A stretch of DNA of 64,000 bases from Shigella phage pSb-1, in sequence record KF620435. One strand, written 5' to 3'. Position 1 is the first letter of the stretch, and every line of letters begins with the position of its first letter. The translations under genes were made by a program, and so were the position numbers. Under the pieces are notes generated by a model, which worked only from the letters and a program-made list of their open reading frames with translations, had not been told where the DNA came from and made no database searches. This document shows, piece by piece, positions 11,063 through 21,024 of this stretch.

Positions 11063-11241
11063 CCTCGTTGTTCAAATTTAGTTTCGGTAATTGAAATACT
11101 TCCATTAGCCAGGTCGTAATCAACAACCTCACCACAGATGCTTTCATACGTTTGCAGATACTCTGCTGCCTTAGCGTTAGCTTCAGGAGTATTCAAACCA
11201 GTATGGTAACGATAACCCACCCAGTTATGAAGTGCTGTCAT
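11053..11241 (-). CDS. hypothetical structural protein fragment
   Basis: 62-aa ORF frame-linked (1-nt offset) to 11253-11762. Confidence 0.3.
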   Translation of the reverse strand: MTALHNWVGYRYHTGLNTPEANAKAAEYLQTYESICGEVVDYDLANGSISITETKFEQRGWR

Positions 11242-11252
11242 TAGCGTGTCTG

Positions 11253-11762
11253 CTAAGTCAACTTCCTGTTCTTCATCACCCGTAAGTACAGGTGCTTAGC
11301 TTGATAAGTTACGTTAAGTGCCTCGAAGTGTCGAGGTCGCATACACTGAATAGTATCAGGCCGTGGAGTGAAGATAGCATGAGGGTCTGAATCGTCGTTC
11401 AGTCTACGTCGATTCCCTGAGTTATCAAACACATTTAAGATTTTAATAACATCATCCCGGAAAGGTTTCATGAACCCATCCATGATATATGGATATTGAA
11501 TCTCAAGTGTGGGCTTAGTAAATCTGGAGTAGGCATACTTAGATTGAAGAGGATAATCAGTACGACCTTCCTTCATTTCCACAATACAACTATTAGTTCT
11601 AAGGGGGAAACGACTATGTAATCGTACCAGCCCCTCATTAATAGCAGCTAGTATCTCAGGCTTACTATCTGGTTCAATATCTAATCTGTCATCAGTGACT
11701 GCACCAGTACCTTTCAAGGTACTTAGTGCCAAGCCACGATATACTTCCGATAATTTTTGCAT
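11253..11762 (-). CDS. hypothetical structural protein
   Basis: 169-aa ORF directly downstream of terminase large subunit. Confidence 0.35.
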   Translation of the reverse strand: MQKLSEVYRGLALSTLKGTGAVTDDRLDIEPDSKPEILAAINEGLVRLHSRFPLRTNSCIVEMKEGRTDYPLQSKYAYSRFTKPTLEIQYPYIMDGFMKPFRDDVIKILNVFDNSGNRRRLNDDSDPHAIFTPRPDTIQCMRPRHFEALNVTYQAKHLYLRVMKNRKLT

Positions 11763-11768
11763 GGTTCC

Positions 11769-13040
11769 TCACACAATGTATGAACGTAGTGGGTTAACAC
11801 TATCTTCTTCTTCATCATCCCACATTGGGTCGCCCTTATTATCCACCATAGTCATACCTGCTTGTGGTTTCCAAGGATTGAGATAACCCAGCATGGAGAT
11901 AGTATCAATACAGTCATCCTTACCTTTAATTCCATTAATGGTAGCTAGTTTAATCTGGCCCATGAACAGACCCATAATAGTTGAGTCTCTCAACTCTTCC
12001 GGGAAGTACATCTTACCAGCTTTGAACCATGGAACTACCAGGTTAAAGCGTGACAGCTTAGAAGTTACAGGACGGATGCCTGGCTTACCACCTTCAGAGG
12101 ATGCAAAGTTAAAGAAGACATTACGGTTAATCATTTCTTTCTGAAGGAGTGAAATGAATCCATTTTGCTGTCCTGTGATTTCGACCCCAACGTTTTGTGG
12201 TTGGTATTCTTGAACCAGACGGAACAGGTCATCAAAGTTTTTATCCATAAGCTGACGATTAGCCACACCATCAATCCAGAACCAATCTCCATTAGAACTA
12301 TAAGCCCAAACTGATATGACACTGTAGTCACTGGTCTGTTTCTCCGAAGTAGCAAAGTCGGTTGTGATGTAATAGTTGTAGCAGGACTTCATCCTTAACA
12401 GTTGCTGTCTGCTATACCATCTAATTTCACTATCCTGAACCAGTCTCTCATCTTCGGAGCTAATACGGAGCATAAGTTCCTGATAGAAGCCTGCCAGCTT
12501 ACCAGTCTTAACTGCCATATCGTATTGAGCTTTGATGTAATCGTAAGAGAATCGGTCATCCCATGCACCCTGAAATTCTTCCCTACTACAAGGAAACTTC
12601 TCACACACAGGCCACACGTTTACATCCCATGCACCAGACTCAACTGCTTCAATGATAATGTCTTCCTTATTAAAGGGAGTACCATTGAAAATTACTTTAC
12701 GACGGGTCGGGTCAAGAGCATGGTTCACACCTTTATAAACAGTATCTTTAATAGCTTCCATGCTAGTCTTGGAGTTAGCATCCCCGTCACTAATCAAGTC
12801 ATCCAGTACACAGAGTGTTGGACGCTTACCATATATCTTCGTACCACGAAGACCTGTCTTAGCACCAAATAGCTTAACACCAAGTCGATGCCCCTCTACA
12901 TTACGAAACTCCAATAGGTTATCCGTAAAGGTAGCTTCGGGTATCCATTGCTGAAGGAACTCACTATTCTTGTAACGAAACTCAATGTTCTTACGTGCAG
13001 ACTTAGCACCGTTATCCATTGAGTCAGATACGTAAATCAT
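11769..13040 (-). CDS. terminase large subunit, C-terminal nuclease part (frame-broken)
   Basis: RNaseH-like nuclease region (ITTDFATSEKQTSDYSVISVWA); N-terminal ATPase part lies in adjacent ORF in another frame. Confidence 0.7.
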   Translation of the reverse strand: MIYVSDSMDNGAKSARKNIEFRYKNSEFLQQWIPEATFTDNLLEFRNVEGHRLGVKLFGAKTGLRGTKIYGKRPTLCVLDDLISDGDANSKTSMEAIKDTVYKGVNHALDPTRRKVIFNGTPFNKEDIIIEAVESGAWDVNVWPVCEKFPCSREEFQGAWDDRFSYDYIKAQYDMAVKTGKLAGFYQELMLRISSEDERLVQDSEIRWYSRQQLLRMKSCYNYYITTDFATSEKQTSDYSVISVWAYSSNGDWFWIDGVANRQLMDKNFDDLFRLVQEYQPQNVGVEITGQQNGFISLLQKEMINRNVFFNFASSEGGKPGIRPVTSKLSRFNLVVPWFKAGKMYFPEELRDSTIMGLFMGQIKLATINGIKGKDDCIDTISMLGYLNPWKPQAGMTMVDNKGDPMWDDEEEDSVNPLRSYIV

Positions 13041-13045
13041 TCCTT

Positions 13046-13378
13046 CTACCTTACCCAGCTTGGTAAGTGCCCAAACACTGCCAGGAACAAAGTAAAGTAT
13101 TCCATGAACACAGCAGTCTTACCTGCACCACGGAAACACAGATTAACTACATACTGGTTCGGACTAATCATCTTATCCAACATCTTCAGGTGAACTGGTG
13201 GTGTTTTGTTGGATTCGCCCTCTTTGCCATTAACCAACTTAATAAAGTTGGCAAAGGTAAGAGCAAACTGACTAGGAACATAGTTAGATGAATTAAGGTG
13301 GGAGTAATCCACCTGGTCTAGCCATTCATCCAGTTCCTGTTTAATTAACTCAGACATCTGTAATGTCCTCATCTGCAC
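13046..13378 (-). CDS. terminase large subunit, N-terminal ATPase fragment
   Basis: Walker A CFRGAGKT; frame offset to downstream ORF consistent with one missing base. Confidence 0.65.
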   Translation of the reverse strand: MQMRTLQMSELIKQELDEWLDQVDYSHLNSSNYVPSQFALTFANFIKLVNGKEGESNKTPPVHLKMLDKMISPNQYVVNLCFRGAGKTAVFMEYFTLFLAVFGHLPSWVR

Positions 13379-14039
13379 GTACTAGTTTAGAACCAGCAAC
13401 CTCTTTGGTAGGTACGCCACTATTGATTGCATTAATCTGCTGTTCAGCTAATGCAGCAAGTGTTGCCTTGAGGTCAGTCAACCCAGAGTTCTCTCTTAAG
13501 TCCAGATTGATATTCGTTACCTGGTCTTTTGGTTTAGCTAAGTGAGTAAGGATAGAGTTAGCTGCATCACATCTTACCTTCTCACTTGCTGCTGTAGTCA
13601 TCAGTTCAACCTGAACGTTGATTGCCTTCTGATAATTATCCTGGTTTACAATCCACACTGGAACCAAACTTTGTTCCATGATGAGGTTAACTAGCTTACC
13701 TCTGTGGTAAGCAGATACGTAAGCACTAATATCTTTCTCACTGGTTCCCCGTGCTACAAGTTCTGCTTGTCGGTTAGGGAATGTCTTGAAGTAGGCTTCC
13801 TTATTTGAGTAGCCCATATGTTTGTAAGTCACATACTGAACTGCATTCATGTAGTCCTGTGTCTTAAACTTACCTTCCTTCATTACACCAGAGTAGGAGA
13901 TAAAGTTTTCACGAAAGGACTCAGCAACCAGTTGGTCTTGGGTTATGTTGTTAATCGTGTCTACCAACTCCTGGGTCACACTGTTTTTGAAGTTAGCAGG
14001 TAAGGCATTAATAATCTGCTGCTTAGTTAGTTCACTCAT
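13350..14039 (-). CDS. possible terminase small subunit
   Basis: 229-aa ORF overlapping start of terminase large subunit; call by position only. Confidence 0.3.
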   Translation of the reverse strand: MSELTKQQIINALPANFKNSVTQELVDTINNITQDQLVAESFRENFISYSGVMKEGKFKTQDYMNAVQYVTYKHMGYSNKEAYFKTFPNRQAELVARGTSEKDISAYVSAYHRGKLVNLIMEQSLVPVWIVNQDNYQKAINVQVELMTTAASEKVRCDAANSILTHLAKPKDQVTNINLDLRENSGLTDLKATLAALAEQQINAINSGVPTKEVAGSKLVRADEDITDV

Positions 14040-14086
14040 ACTTATCTCGCTACAAAGTTATGTCTATTAAAGAAGATTCTTTTCTT

Positions 14087-14101
14087 GGGGTGAGATACCC
14101 C
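14087..14101 (+). promoter_or_regulatory. candidate vRNAP-type hairpin promoter (GGGGTG-AGA-TACCCC)
   Basis: 5-6 bp stem with 3-nt purine-centred loop about 110-125 nt upstream of first early ORF. Confidence 0.3.
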
Positions 14102-14210
14102 TTGAAGAAACGATACCATACAGTTACACTTTAGTCATGATATAGAAAAAGTTCATGATACTAAATAGTATGTAATGTTCCGATGACCCTATTCCCTAAA
14201 GGAGTAACCT

Positions 14211-14501
14211 TTGAGAATCTATATGAGAGTCCACGACTCTAAAGATGAATACAAGGAGCTAGACCACACTAAGGCTGGTATTCTTTCAGATGATATTATC
14301 ATTACTCACGATGAAGATACCTATCATGAATTGGCTGGGATGATGCTTTTAGAGAATCGACCCGGCATTAAAATCTTAGAACCAAGAGAAACTTACTCTT
14401 TAGAAAAACATCCTTCATCTCTTGTGTTCTTCACAAAATTACCTCATAGTGTCTCCGTCAGGCGAAGCAAAGACAGTGTTCGGATGACGGTGACGATGTG
14501 A
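14211..14501 (+). CDS. early protein, member 1 of tandem paralog family
   Basis: shares IIITHDEDTYHELAGMMLL motif with five downstream ORFs. Confidence 0.55.
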   Translation: MRIYMRVHDSKDEYKELDHTKAGILSDDIIITHDEDTYHELAGMMLLENRPGIKILEPRETYSLEKHPSSLVFFTKLPHSVSVRRSKDSVRMTVTM

Positions 14502-14576
14502 TTAGTCATGCCGCCTAGTAGACAGTGGCGGTACTCGTAAAGAGTTAATAACTTCTACAGTCAGGGTTGCCCGGCT

Positions 14577-14589
14577 CCTTTCCTACCTA
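14577..14589 (+). promoter_or_regulatory. candidate hairpin promoter or regulatory hairpin (CCTAC-CTA-GTAGG)
   Basis: 5-bp stem, 3-nt loop; CCTAGTAG element also at 14513-14522. Confidence 0.25.
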
Positions 14590-14649
14590 GTAGGCTAACG
14601 ATACACATGTATCTAGGGTGATGAACTGACCCGTGATTGAAAACGGTAA

Positions 14650-14685
14650 GGGTAGAGTCGAGAGGCTCTACCCCATTTCTTTTTC
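14650..14685 (+). terminator. hairpin plus T-tract (early terminator/attenuator)
   Basis: GGGTAGAG...CTCTACCC stem followed by CATTTCTTTTT, just upstream of RBS of 14701 ORF. Confidence 0.45.
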
Positions 14686-14700
14686 AGGAGGTATGCAAAA

Positions 14701-15099
14701 ATGAGCATCTACGCTTTTGATATTGATATTACCGGAGTACTTCGTAAGCAAGAACCCTACTACTTAGGGGAACCAGAGATAGTAAGTAAGTTCCTAACAC
14801 CTAAACAAATGGTCTTCCTGCCTGATTGTGAAGAATCCCATGAGATAGTTGGTTCATTCTTCTTAAGTAACCTGCAAATCAATACACGTATACTTACTGA
14901 ACCAGTTGTGTATGACCTTACTAAGTATGCAGACTTCGAAACATTCTTCCCAGGAGTCAAGTTCTATAAAGTACCTGGTTGGGAAATGATAGCTGATCAT
15001 AACGTCTTTAATAAAACACTTTCCATTTACTTCAGACCTATTCCTAAAGGAAGGAAAATCCATCATGAAATTCATAATGACCATCCCCAGTTTTGCTGA
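14701..15099 (+). CDS. early protein, paralog family member 2
   Basis: motif VFLPDCEESHEIVGSFFL. Confidence 0.55.
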   Translation: MSIYAFDIDITGVLRKQEPYYLGEPEIVSKFLTPKQMVFLPDCEESHEIVGSFFLSNLQINTRILTEPVVYDLTKYADFETFFPGVKFYKVPGWEMIADHNVFNKTLSIYFRPIPKGRKIHHEIHNDHPQFC

Positions 15100-15376
15100 A
15101 GAGCCTATGTATACAACTGACTTCACTTTAGAAGAAGTCATGAACAGTAATCCCCAGCAAGTAATCCTGGTTCCTACCTTAGAGGACTACCATGAAGTAA
15201 GGGGTCAACTCTTCTTAGCAGGTAATGACCGTAAGGTTGTGTGTATCATTCCTCCTTCTGTCTATACCAATAGTGGTGCGTATGATGCTCTACCTTTTAT
15301 GTTGATATCTGATGACTACCAATGGGATAGTCGTTATGAGAATGAGGAATACCGTTACTACTATGTAAGGAAGTAA
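15065..15376 (+). CDS. early protein, paralog family member 3
   Basis: motif VILVPTLEDYHEVRGQLFLAG. Confidence 0.55.
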   Translation: MKFIMTIPSFAEEPMYTTDFTLEEVMNSNPQQVILVPTLEDYHEVRGQLFLAGNDRKVVCIIPPSVYTNSGAYDALPFMLISDDYQWDSRYENEEYRYYYVRK

Positions 15377-15379
15377 GTT

Positions 15380-15703
15380 ATGCACTTCTACTCATTAGTT
15401 GCTCTAAGTACAAGTTGCTATCGCAGTAAAGTAACTAAACGGGATTGTTTAAATGGTAAACTGGATGGAACTACTATTTTATATGAACCAAGTGAAGAAG
15501 CCGATGAGTTCATAGGTACTTGTCTAATGTTAGGCATACCCATCACTTTCACTAAGATAGATACATCAATTGAGATATCTGAGTTTGCAAGGGTATACAT
15601 CTTATCAACTGCTGAACCTATGGTAGTAACTACCTTAACTGGTAGACTTATTACCCTCTATCCTTCTACCTCATATTTATCTAGCGACGAGTGTGCCCTA
15701 TGA
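15380..15703 (+). CDS. early protein, paralog family member 4
   Basis: motif TILYEPSEEADEFIGTCLMLG. Confidence 0.5.
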   Translation: MHFYSLVALSTSCYRSKVTKRDCLNGKLDGTTILYEPSEEADEFIGTCLMLGIPITFTKIDTSIEISEFARVYILSTAEPMVVTTLTGRLITLYPSTSYLSSDECAL

Positions 15704-16038
15704 ATAGAGTACTATACCCCCATCAATATAAGGATGAAGTCTCTGTTTACTCCGAGAATGTCAATAAAGCTATTGATTGGTTACTCCCACAAGACTGTCA
15801 TATGCTTATGCTACCTGGTGAGTTAGCAGATAGTACCCGTGGTTCCATCCTTCTTCTCAATAGTCCAGCTAAGTTAACCATCATTAACCCAGGGGAATCC
15901 ATAAAGATACCTGCTGGTGAATCTGCATTCTTGTTCTTTGAACCAAGGATAGAAGAAGGGTTCGATGGGCTTACTATGGATAGTAGACCCAATAAAGATT
16001 TTAAAAGAGTAAGGATTATATCTCATGAAACTTACTAA
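15691..16038 (+). CDS. early protein, paralog family member 5
   Basis: motif HMLMLPGELADSTRGSILLL. Confidence 0.5.
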   Translation: MCPMNRVLYPHQYKDEVSVYSENVNKAIDWLLPQDCHMLMLPGELADSTRGSILLLNSPAKLTIINPGESIKIPAGESAFLFFEPRIEEGFDGLTMDSRPNKDFKRVRIISHETY

Positions 16039-16351
16039 GATAGGTTATGCTGGTGGTCCTAATCCCACCAGACACACAACCTTACAAAACCTTCTTGGAA
16101 GGCTCACTCCTATTATCCTTGTACCGGATGAGCAAACACTTCACGAAGTTAAGGGGTTAGCTCTAATATTAGGCAAAAAGGTTATTGTAAAAGTACAAGA
16201 ACCAGGAAAAGAATTACCATGGCCTTCCTCCTTATACTCCCCGTGGCATGTGAATACGGATAAGTACACTCTTACCTTCACCACTAGTGATACTTTCCAA
16301 TCACCACATTTGGTATATGCTCCCTCCTATTTAACTACTTATAAGGATTAA
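16025..16351 (+). CDS. early protein, paralog family member 6
   Basis: motif IILVPDEQTLHEVKGLALILG. Confidence 0.55.
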   Translation: MKLTKIGYAGGPNPTRHTTLQNLLGRLTPIILVPDEQTLHEVKGLALILGKKVIVKVQEPGKELPWPSSLYSPWHVNTDKYTLTFTTSDTFQSPHLVYAPSYLTTYKD

Positions 16352-16713
16352 CATGTGGTATGTAATAGTTAAGGGCTTACCTGAACCAGTGATAGTACAC
16401 AGCCTGGCTTTCGTAGAAGTGGGTAGACCATTACTTGTAAATGGTAAGCTGTATGAGGTTTTAAGTATCAAACGCTATGATGAATAAGAGATAAATAGGA
16501 GGTAGATAGATACCTCCTCATAATATTTTTGCATGTCAAAATTGTGATAGCTATGTATGGCTACAGTGGTGTGGCTGGGGCTACACCCTTACACTCAACC
16601 ATCCCCCCCGGTATGTTGACGGTGTAGCCACTACCCTACCCCACCTTACACGTTACACATGCTCCGCATGTTATGGACATGTTGTCCTATCATCAACTAT
16701 TGGAGCTATCATC

Positions 16714-17036
16714 ATGACTACTCAAGCTACTGTACGTATGACCGCAGGAACTTTACTTGGTACTGTTAACTCAGCTGCTACTACTGTTGCAGATACATTC
16801 GGTACAGCAACTAAAGCAGTAGGTATGCTTAATTCATATGTAAGTACTATGCAGAGAAACAAGCCATTCGTACTAAATTAGAAATGCATACATTCGTTAA
16901 TAAACTGGCAGAGGAAACAGCTATGACTGAGACTCTGCGTAAGAAAAGTATTGAGGAATTCTGCAAGGATTCAGAAAACGCTCGTATCTATAACGCAGAA
17001 TATTCCAAAGTAATTGACATCCTGACTAAAGACTAA
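16714..17036 (+). CDS. small hypothetical protein, frame-broken (two ORFs 16714-16881 and 16884-17036)
   Basis: GGAG RBS; second ORF frame continues first with 1-nt offset. Confidence 0.35.
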
Positions 17037-17044
17037 GTCACCTA

Positions 17045-17070
17045 GGAGACTCTTCGGAGTCTCCTGTTTT
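17045..17070 (+). terminator. intrinsic terminator (GGAGACTC-TTCG-GAGTCTCC + TGTTTT)
   Basis: perfect 8-bp stem, TTCG tetraloop, T-tract. Confidence 0.7.
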
Positions 17071-17122
17071 GAACATTAGATAGTTCAACTATTCCGCATA
17101 AAAAGTTAAAAGAGATTCCTAC

Positions 17123-17269
17123 TATGAGCAAACTAGAAAACGCATTTATCTTAACTGTTTGTGTACTTGCATTGGTTACTTTGGTTTCCGTTCACATTGG
17201 AAAACCTCTGGTAAACACTGACTATGGTAATGGTCAAAAAGTAAAATCCATCCTGCTATCAGATAAGTA
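17123..17269 (+). CDS. small membrane protein
   Basis: 48-aa ORF with hydrophobic helix ILTVCVLALVTLVSV. Confidence 0.3.
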
Positions 17270-17324
17270 AAAACTAAGCTGTTCCACAGCTTACGGATAC
17301 ATTTCAACCAATTAGGAGACATCC

Positions 17325-17540
17325 ATGAACGTAGAGAATATCCGTATGATTGAGGATTGCTTTAGCAATAAACCTGTAGACCTAAGCAATGCAAAAAGGT
17401 CTACAGATAAAGAGTATGGAGAGTTTCTATCATTACTCGATGAATACCGTATGCAAGGACATGTTGAATTACATGCCTATCTGCATAACTCAGGCTACTT
17501 CATGGATAAACTGGAAACTGAAACAGGCTGTCCATTCTGA
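17325..17540 (+). CDS. hypothetical early protein
   Basis: 71-aa ORF. Confidence 0.35.
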   Translation: MNVENIRMIEDCFSNKPVDLSNAKRSTDKEYGEFLSLLDEYRMQGHVELHAYLHNSGYFMDKLETETGCPF

Positions 17541-17668
17541 AAACCAAGACGCTCCGCGTCTTATGGATGATGTAAATGCATCCACTAATCATTGAACTTT
17601 TATCCTTTTGTTTGGGTGTTCTCACCGACGAGTTCACCCGTAAATCACATAAATCTGGAGAGTACAAA

Positions 17669-18048
17669 ATGTCTATTCAAAAATTCACTTTCGGTCAATC
17701 TAACGCTGCTGCTACCACTGCTAAAGCTGACAAACCAAAAGCTCAGTTCTGGCTGAACATTGGTTATGTAGCTAATGAAGCTCTGATGATGAGAAATTCA
17801 TCTCTCTGCCTACTGGTATTCCACTGGATACTCAGGAACCACTGCCTACTAATAGCAGCAATGCTGACTTCCGTGCTATGCGTTGTGCACAGAATGACTT
17901 GCTGGAACAGTTAATCGCATATGCTCAGAACCTGGAACCAGGTGAAGAAGGTATCATTAACCTGCAAGTTCAACTTCGTCGTGTGAAAGCAGAGGCTGCT
18001 GACATCCCAGCAGACGAGAATAAATATGCTCGTAAACTGACTTTCTAA
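17669..18048 (+). CDS. hypothetical protein, frame-broken near 17790
   Basis: ATG with GGAG RBS; C-terminal two thirds continue in frame offset by one base; ends before terminator. Confidence 0.4.
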
Positions 18049-18058
18049 TCAACCACTA

Positions 18059-18086
18059 GACTCCCTTCGGGGAGTCTTTTATTTTT
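18059..18086 (+). terminator. intrinsic terminator (GACTCCC-TTCG-GGGAGTC + T-tract)
   Basis: 7-bp GC-rich stem, TTCG loop, TTTTATTTTT. Confidence 0.75.
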
Positions 18087-18191
18087 AACTAGACGATAAG
18101 CTATTTCTACTTTTTGAGTATCTTTAGACGAAGGGTACTGAAACAGTAACCAGATAGATATAGATTTATATTAGATGAAGGAGTAACCATT

Positions 18192-18377
18192 ATGCGTATA
18201 GTATGTAACCGATATAATCCAACTAGTCTGATTGAGTTCATGGAACCAATTGGTAGTCGTATTAACTACGATAAACGATGGCAAGTAACATTAGTGGATA
18301 AACGTGAACGTCATTATGACCACTTCTTTGTAGCTAAACCTACTCGTAAACAAATCCGTAAACTTCACAAAGGATAA
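18192..18377 (+). CDS. hypothetical protein
   Basis: 61-aa ORF. Confidence 0.35.
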   Translation: MRIVCNRYNPTSLIEFMEPIGSRINYDKRWQVTLVDKRERHYDHFFVAKPTRKQIRKLHKG

Positions 18378-18381
18378 TGCT

Positions 18382-18534
18382 ATGAAGCTACTAGCAGAGA
18401 CTCTATGTATTCTATTAATGATACTGCTGGTAGCTGCATTTCCGTGGCTATTAGCCGTAGGCGTAATTATTGGTATGTTCATAGCCGGAGCGAGTGATGC
18501 TCGTGGAAGAGATGAACCAGGTGGAGAAGTGTAA
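18382..18534 (+). CDS. small membrane protein
   Basis: 50-aa ORF, one hydrophobic helix. Confidence 0.3.
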   Translation: MKLLAETLCILLMILLVAAFPWLLAVGVIIGMFIAGASDARGRDEPGGEV

Positions 18535-18958
18535 ACACTGCTGTCACATGTCTCACTGTCAGAAGAGTGTGTACGGAGGAACCAGTGATATTCACTAACA
18601 TAGAAGATGCCATTGAAGAATGTATCTTTCGTAGGTATCACACTGGTGTACAGAAACGGCACTATGGTGTTGTGCAACTCAATGGCTATCAAATGGTTGT
18701 AAGAATTGTACGTAACAGTAAACCTTTTAACTTTATGTGGAGTACTAAATCATGCGTAAGTCATTAATCATGGGAACCAAAGCTGACGTACAAAAGATGA
18801 AAGAGCGTCTGGCTGCTAAGCAAAAGACATCTGAACCAGTACGTAAGATTGTTACCTTCAATCATCCATGTATCAAATAACTAGGAGTCCTCCATTAGGG
18901 GGACTTCTATTTTTTATTCTTGAATAGTTAGATATGTATTTAAATAGGAGAAATAATC

Positions 18959-19273
18959 TTGAATGAAATTATTTGTATACTTCCACATTCAGCTAAGATA
19001 GCTGACCGGAATATACGTATCCACTTACCATTCCCTTTAAGCAATCCATTCACTCGTAATGAAAGAACCACAGTAGAGGATGTAGAGGTAGCTTATGAAG
19101 CTTACCTTCGTAATCGTCTTATTAATGGTGACAAGTTAATTACAGCAGAGATGGAAAGGATTGCTTCCTTTGTAACAGATAGTACAGGTAAGCCTGTTGG
19201 CTTAATTGGTACTGAATCTGATGTTAACGTTATTCGTAAAATACTAATGGAGGCACTAGGTGAACAATCTTAG
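18959..19273 (+). CDS. hypothetical protein
   Basis: 104-aa ORF. Confidence 0.4.
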   Translation: MNEIICILPHSAKIADRNIRIHLPFPLSNPFTRNERTTVEDVEVAYEAYLRNRLINGDKLITAEMERIASFVTDSTGKPVGLIGTESDVNVIRKILMEALGEQS

Positions 19274-19506
19274 TGATGTCATCGTAGATAAAACAATATT
19301 AGTAAATCCCAAAGGGTATGCCTGGTTCATGCTAAAGCATACCCGTAAGGTATATGTTAGATAGGTATATATACGTAATTTTAGTAAGTTATCCTACAGA
19401 GAAGTACGTATTAATAATGAGATGTACTTTCTGGATGAGTCAGTGATTATCAAATCAACTGAAGACAGAAAGGCTCCTTACTTTAACTATTACGGATTCA
19501 ACTAAA

Positions 19507-19728
19507 ATGATGTACTCAACTGATTATGGTCTTTGCCCTGTATGCAACAAACGTAGAGGAGTTGCCAATCATAAACGTTGCAGTCGTATCCTACAAAAAC
19601 GACGGAACCATGAAGAATGGGATAAGATATTGGAAAACCAACACAAAGATGAGTTCAAGCAGATGGCTGTTAAGGCATCTACTCAGCTCATTCGTCGTAC
19701 TAACTTCATAGAAGGTTATCAGAAATGA
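19507..19728 (+). CDS. hypothetical protein
   Basis: 73-aa basic ORF. Confidence 0.35.
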   Translation: MMYSTDYGLCPVCNKRRGVANHKRCSRILQKRRNHEEWDKILENQHKDEFKQMAVKASTQLIRRTNFIEGYQK

Positions 19729-20081
19729 AGCTAATCGTAGCTGGTGGGAGAGACTTCGTAAATACCCAAGTAATGATTACAGTATTAATGGATTTAGTGG
19801 AGAAGGGTAAGATTGACCCTAATCCAGAATTAGTATGTGGTATGGCTCGTGGAGCAGATATGCTTGCATATAGCCTATGGGCTAATAACAAAATGACTAT
19901 TCATAATTTCCCAGCAAACTGGGATAAATATGGAAAATCTGCTGGTTATAGACGTAATCAGGAAATGGGTGAATTTGCAGACGCTGCTGTATGCTTCTGG
20001 GATGGTAATTCCAAAGGAACCAAGCACATGATTGATATCATGAATAGGCTTAATAAACCTGTATACGTTGTGAGGTATTAG
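19725..20081 (+). CDS. SLOG/DprA-like Rossmann-fold protein (DUF2493-like)
   Basis: VAGGRD ... GMARGADMLA motif resembling DprA/Smf-like GxARGxD. Confidence 0.4.
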   Translation: MKLIVAGGRDFVNTQVMITVLMDLVEKGKIDPNPELVCGMARGADMLAYSLWANNKMTIHNFPANWDKYGKSAGYRRNQEMGEFADAAVCFWDGNSKGTKHMIDIMNRLNKPVYVVRY

Positions 20082-20336
20082 ATGATTATTACATATCCTA
20101 CAGGCAAGAACGTGGAATATATGGGACATACTATCCAAGTGCCTCACTGGGTTAAGTATGTAGCACTATTACCACGACAGTATAAGAGTGCTAATACCTC
20201 ACTAATAGGATTCTCTAAGAAGCCTAAGCTAACAGAAAACAATATCTGGGTATCCTCTGGGAGACAAGAAGAGATTGGTTTCTGTGATTTAAGTATTGTA
20301 GATAATAACATCTATGGGACATTGAAAAAGGTATGA
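20082..20336 (+). CDS. hypothetical protein
   Basis: 84-aa ORF. Confidence 0.35.
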   Translation: MIITYPTGKNVEYMGHTIQVPHWVKYVALLPRQYKSANTSLIGFSKKPKLTENNIWVSSGRQEEIGFCDLSIVDNNIYGTLKKV

Positions 20337-20647
20337 AAACTATTCTAGTAGTTCATGATTCTACATTTACTGATGTAGATAAGATGATGCGTAATATTGA
20401 TTATGTATCTCAGACAAGCCAAGCATTCAATGAAGAGTTTACTCTTTACTGTAATGCTGAATCTCCACTGGTTCCTATCCTTAAGGATTCAGGGCTACCA
20501 TTCTCTACAGAGAACTTCCCAGAAGAACCGGACTATGTAATTTCATTTATCTATGACTTACATGATGGTTCTGAAACTAGTGAACTAGCTATGAACCAGT
20601 GGCGTAGTAAACGTCCTGTGTTTGCATTTCAGGTACTTAAACCATGA
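20333..20647 (+). CDS. hypothetical protein
   Basis: 104-aa ORF. Confidence 0.35.
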   Translation: MKTILVVHDSTFTDVDKMMRNIDYVSQTSQAFNEEFTLYCNAESPLVPILKDSGLPFSTENFPEEPDYVISFIYDLHDGSETSELAMNQWRSKRPVFAFQVLKP

Positions 20648-21024
20648 AGATTATGTCATTAGGTAACGACACCAATGCTTTACTAGGTGTATCTGCACGT
20701 CCAATCATCATTGTTAATAAACATCATGGTAAATCAGGTGAGTATATTGGACGTGGTTCACCATTAGGCAATCCATTTGTCATTGGTAAACATGGAACCA
20801 GAGAGCAAGTAATTGCTAAGTATAAAGTCTGGTTACAAGATCAGATTGATAAAGGTAATCCAGTTGTACTGGATGAACTTAATCGTCTGGGTAATAAAGC
20901 CATTGACGAGAAAGGGTTAGCCTTACAGTGCTTCTGTTATCCGAAACCATGCCATGGTGAGGTTATTAAAGAGAAGCTAGTAAAGGCTATGTATAACTAC
21001 TTTGTAGAAAATCCAAAAGGATAA
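20644..21024 (+). CDS. DUF4326-like protein
   Basis: YIGRGSPLGNPF motif and Cys/His cluster (CFCYPKPCHGEV). Confidence 0.45.
   Translation: MKIMSLGNDTNALLGVSARPIIIVNKHHGKSGEYIGRGSPLGNPFVIGKHGTREQVIAKYKVWLQDQIDKGNPVVLDELNRLGNKAIDEKGLALQCFCYPKPCHGEVIKEKLVKAMYNYFVENPKG

Noticed and set aside
16530-16700. Sigma70-like promoter (TTGACG ... TACACG) and long-range inverted repeat GGCTACACC/GGTGTAGCC
   Set aside because: Spacing and -10 match are poor; kept only as a possible structured leader, not annotated.
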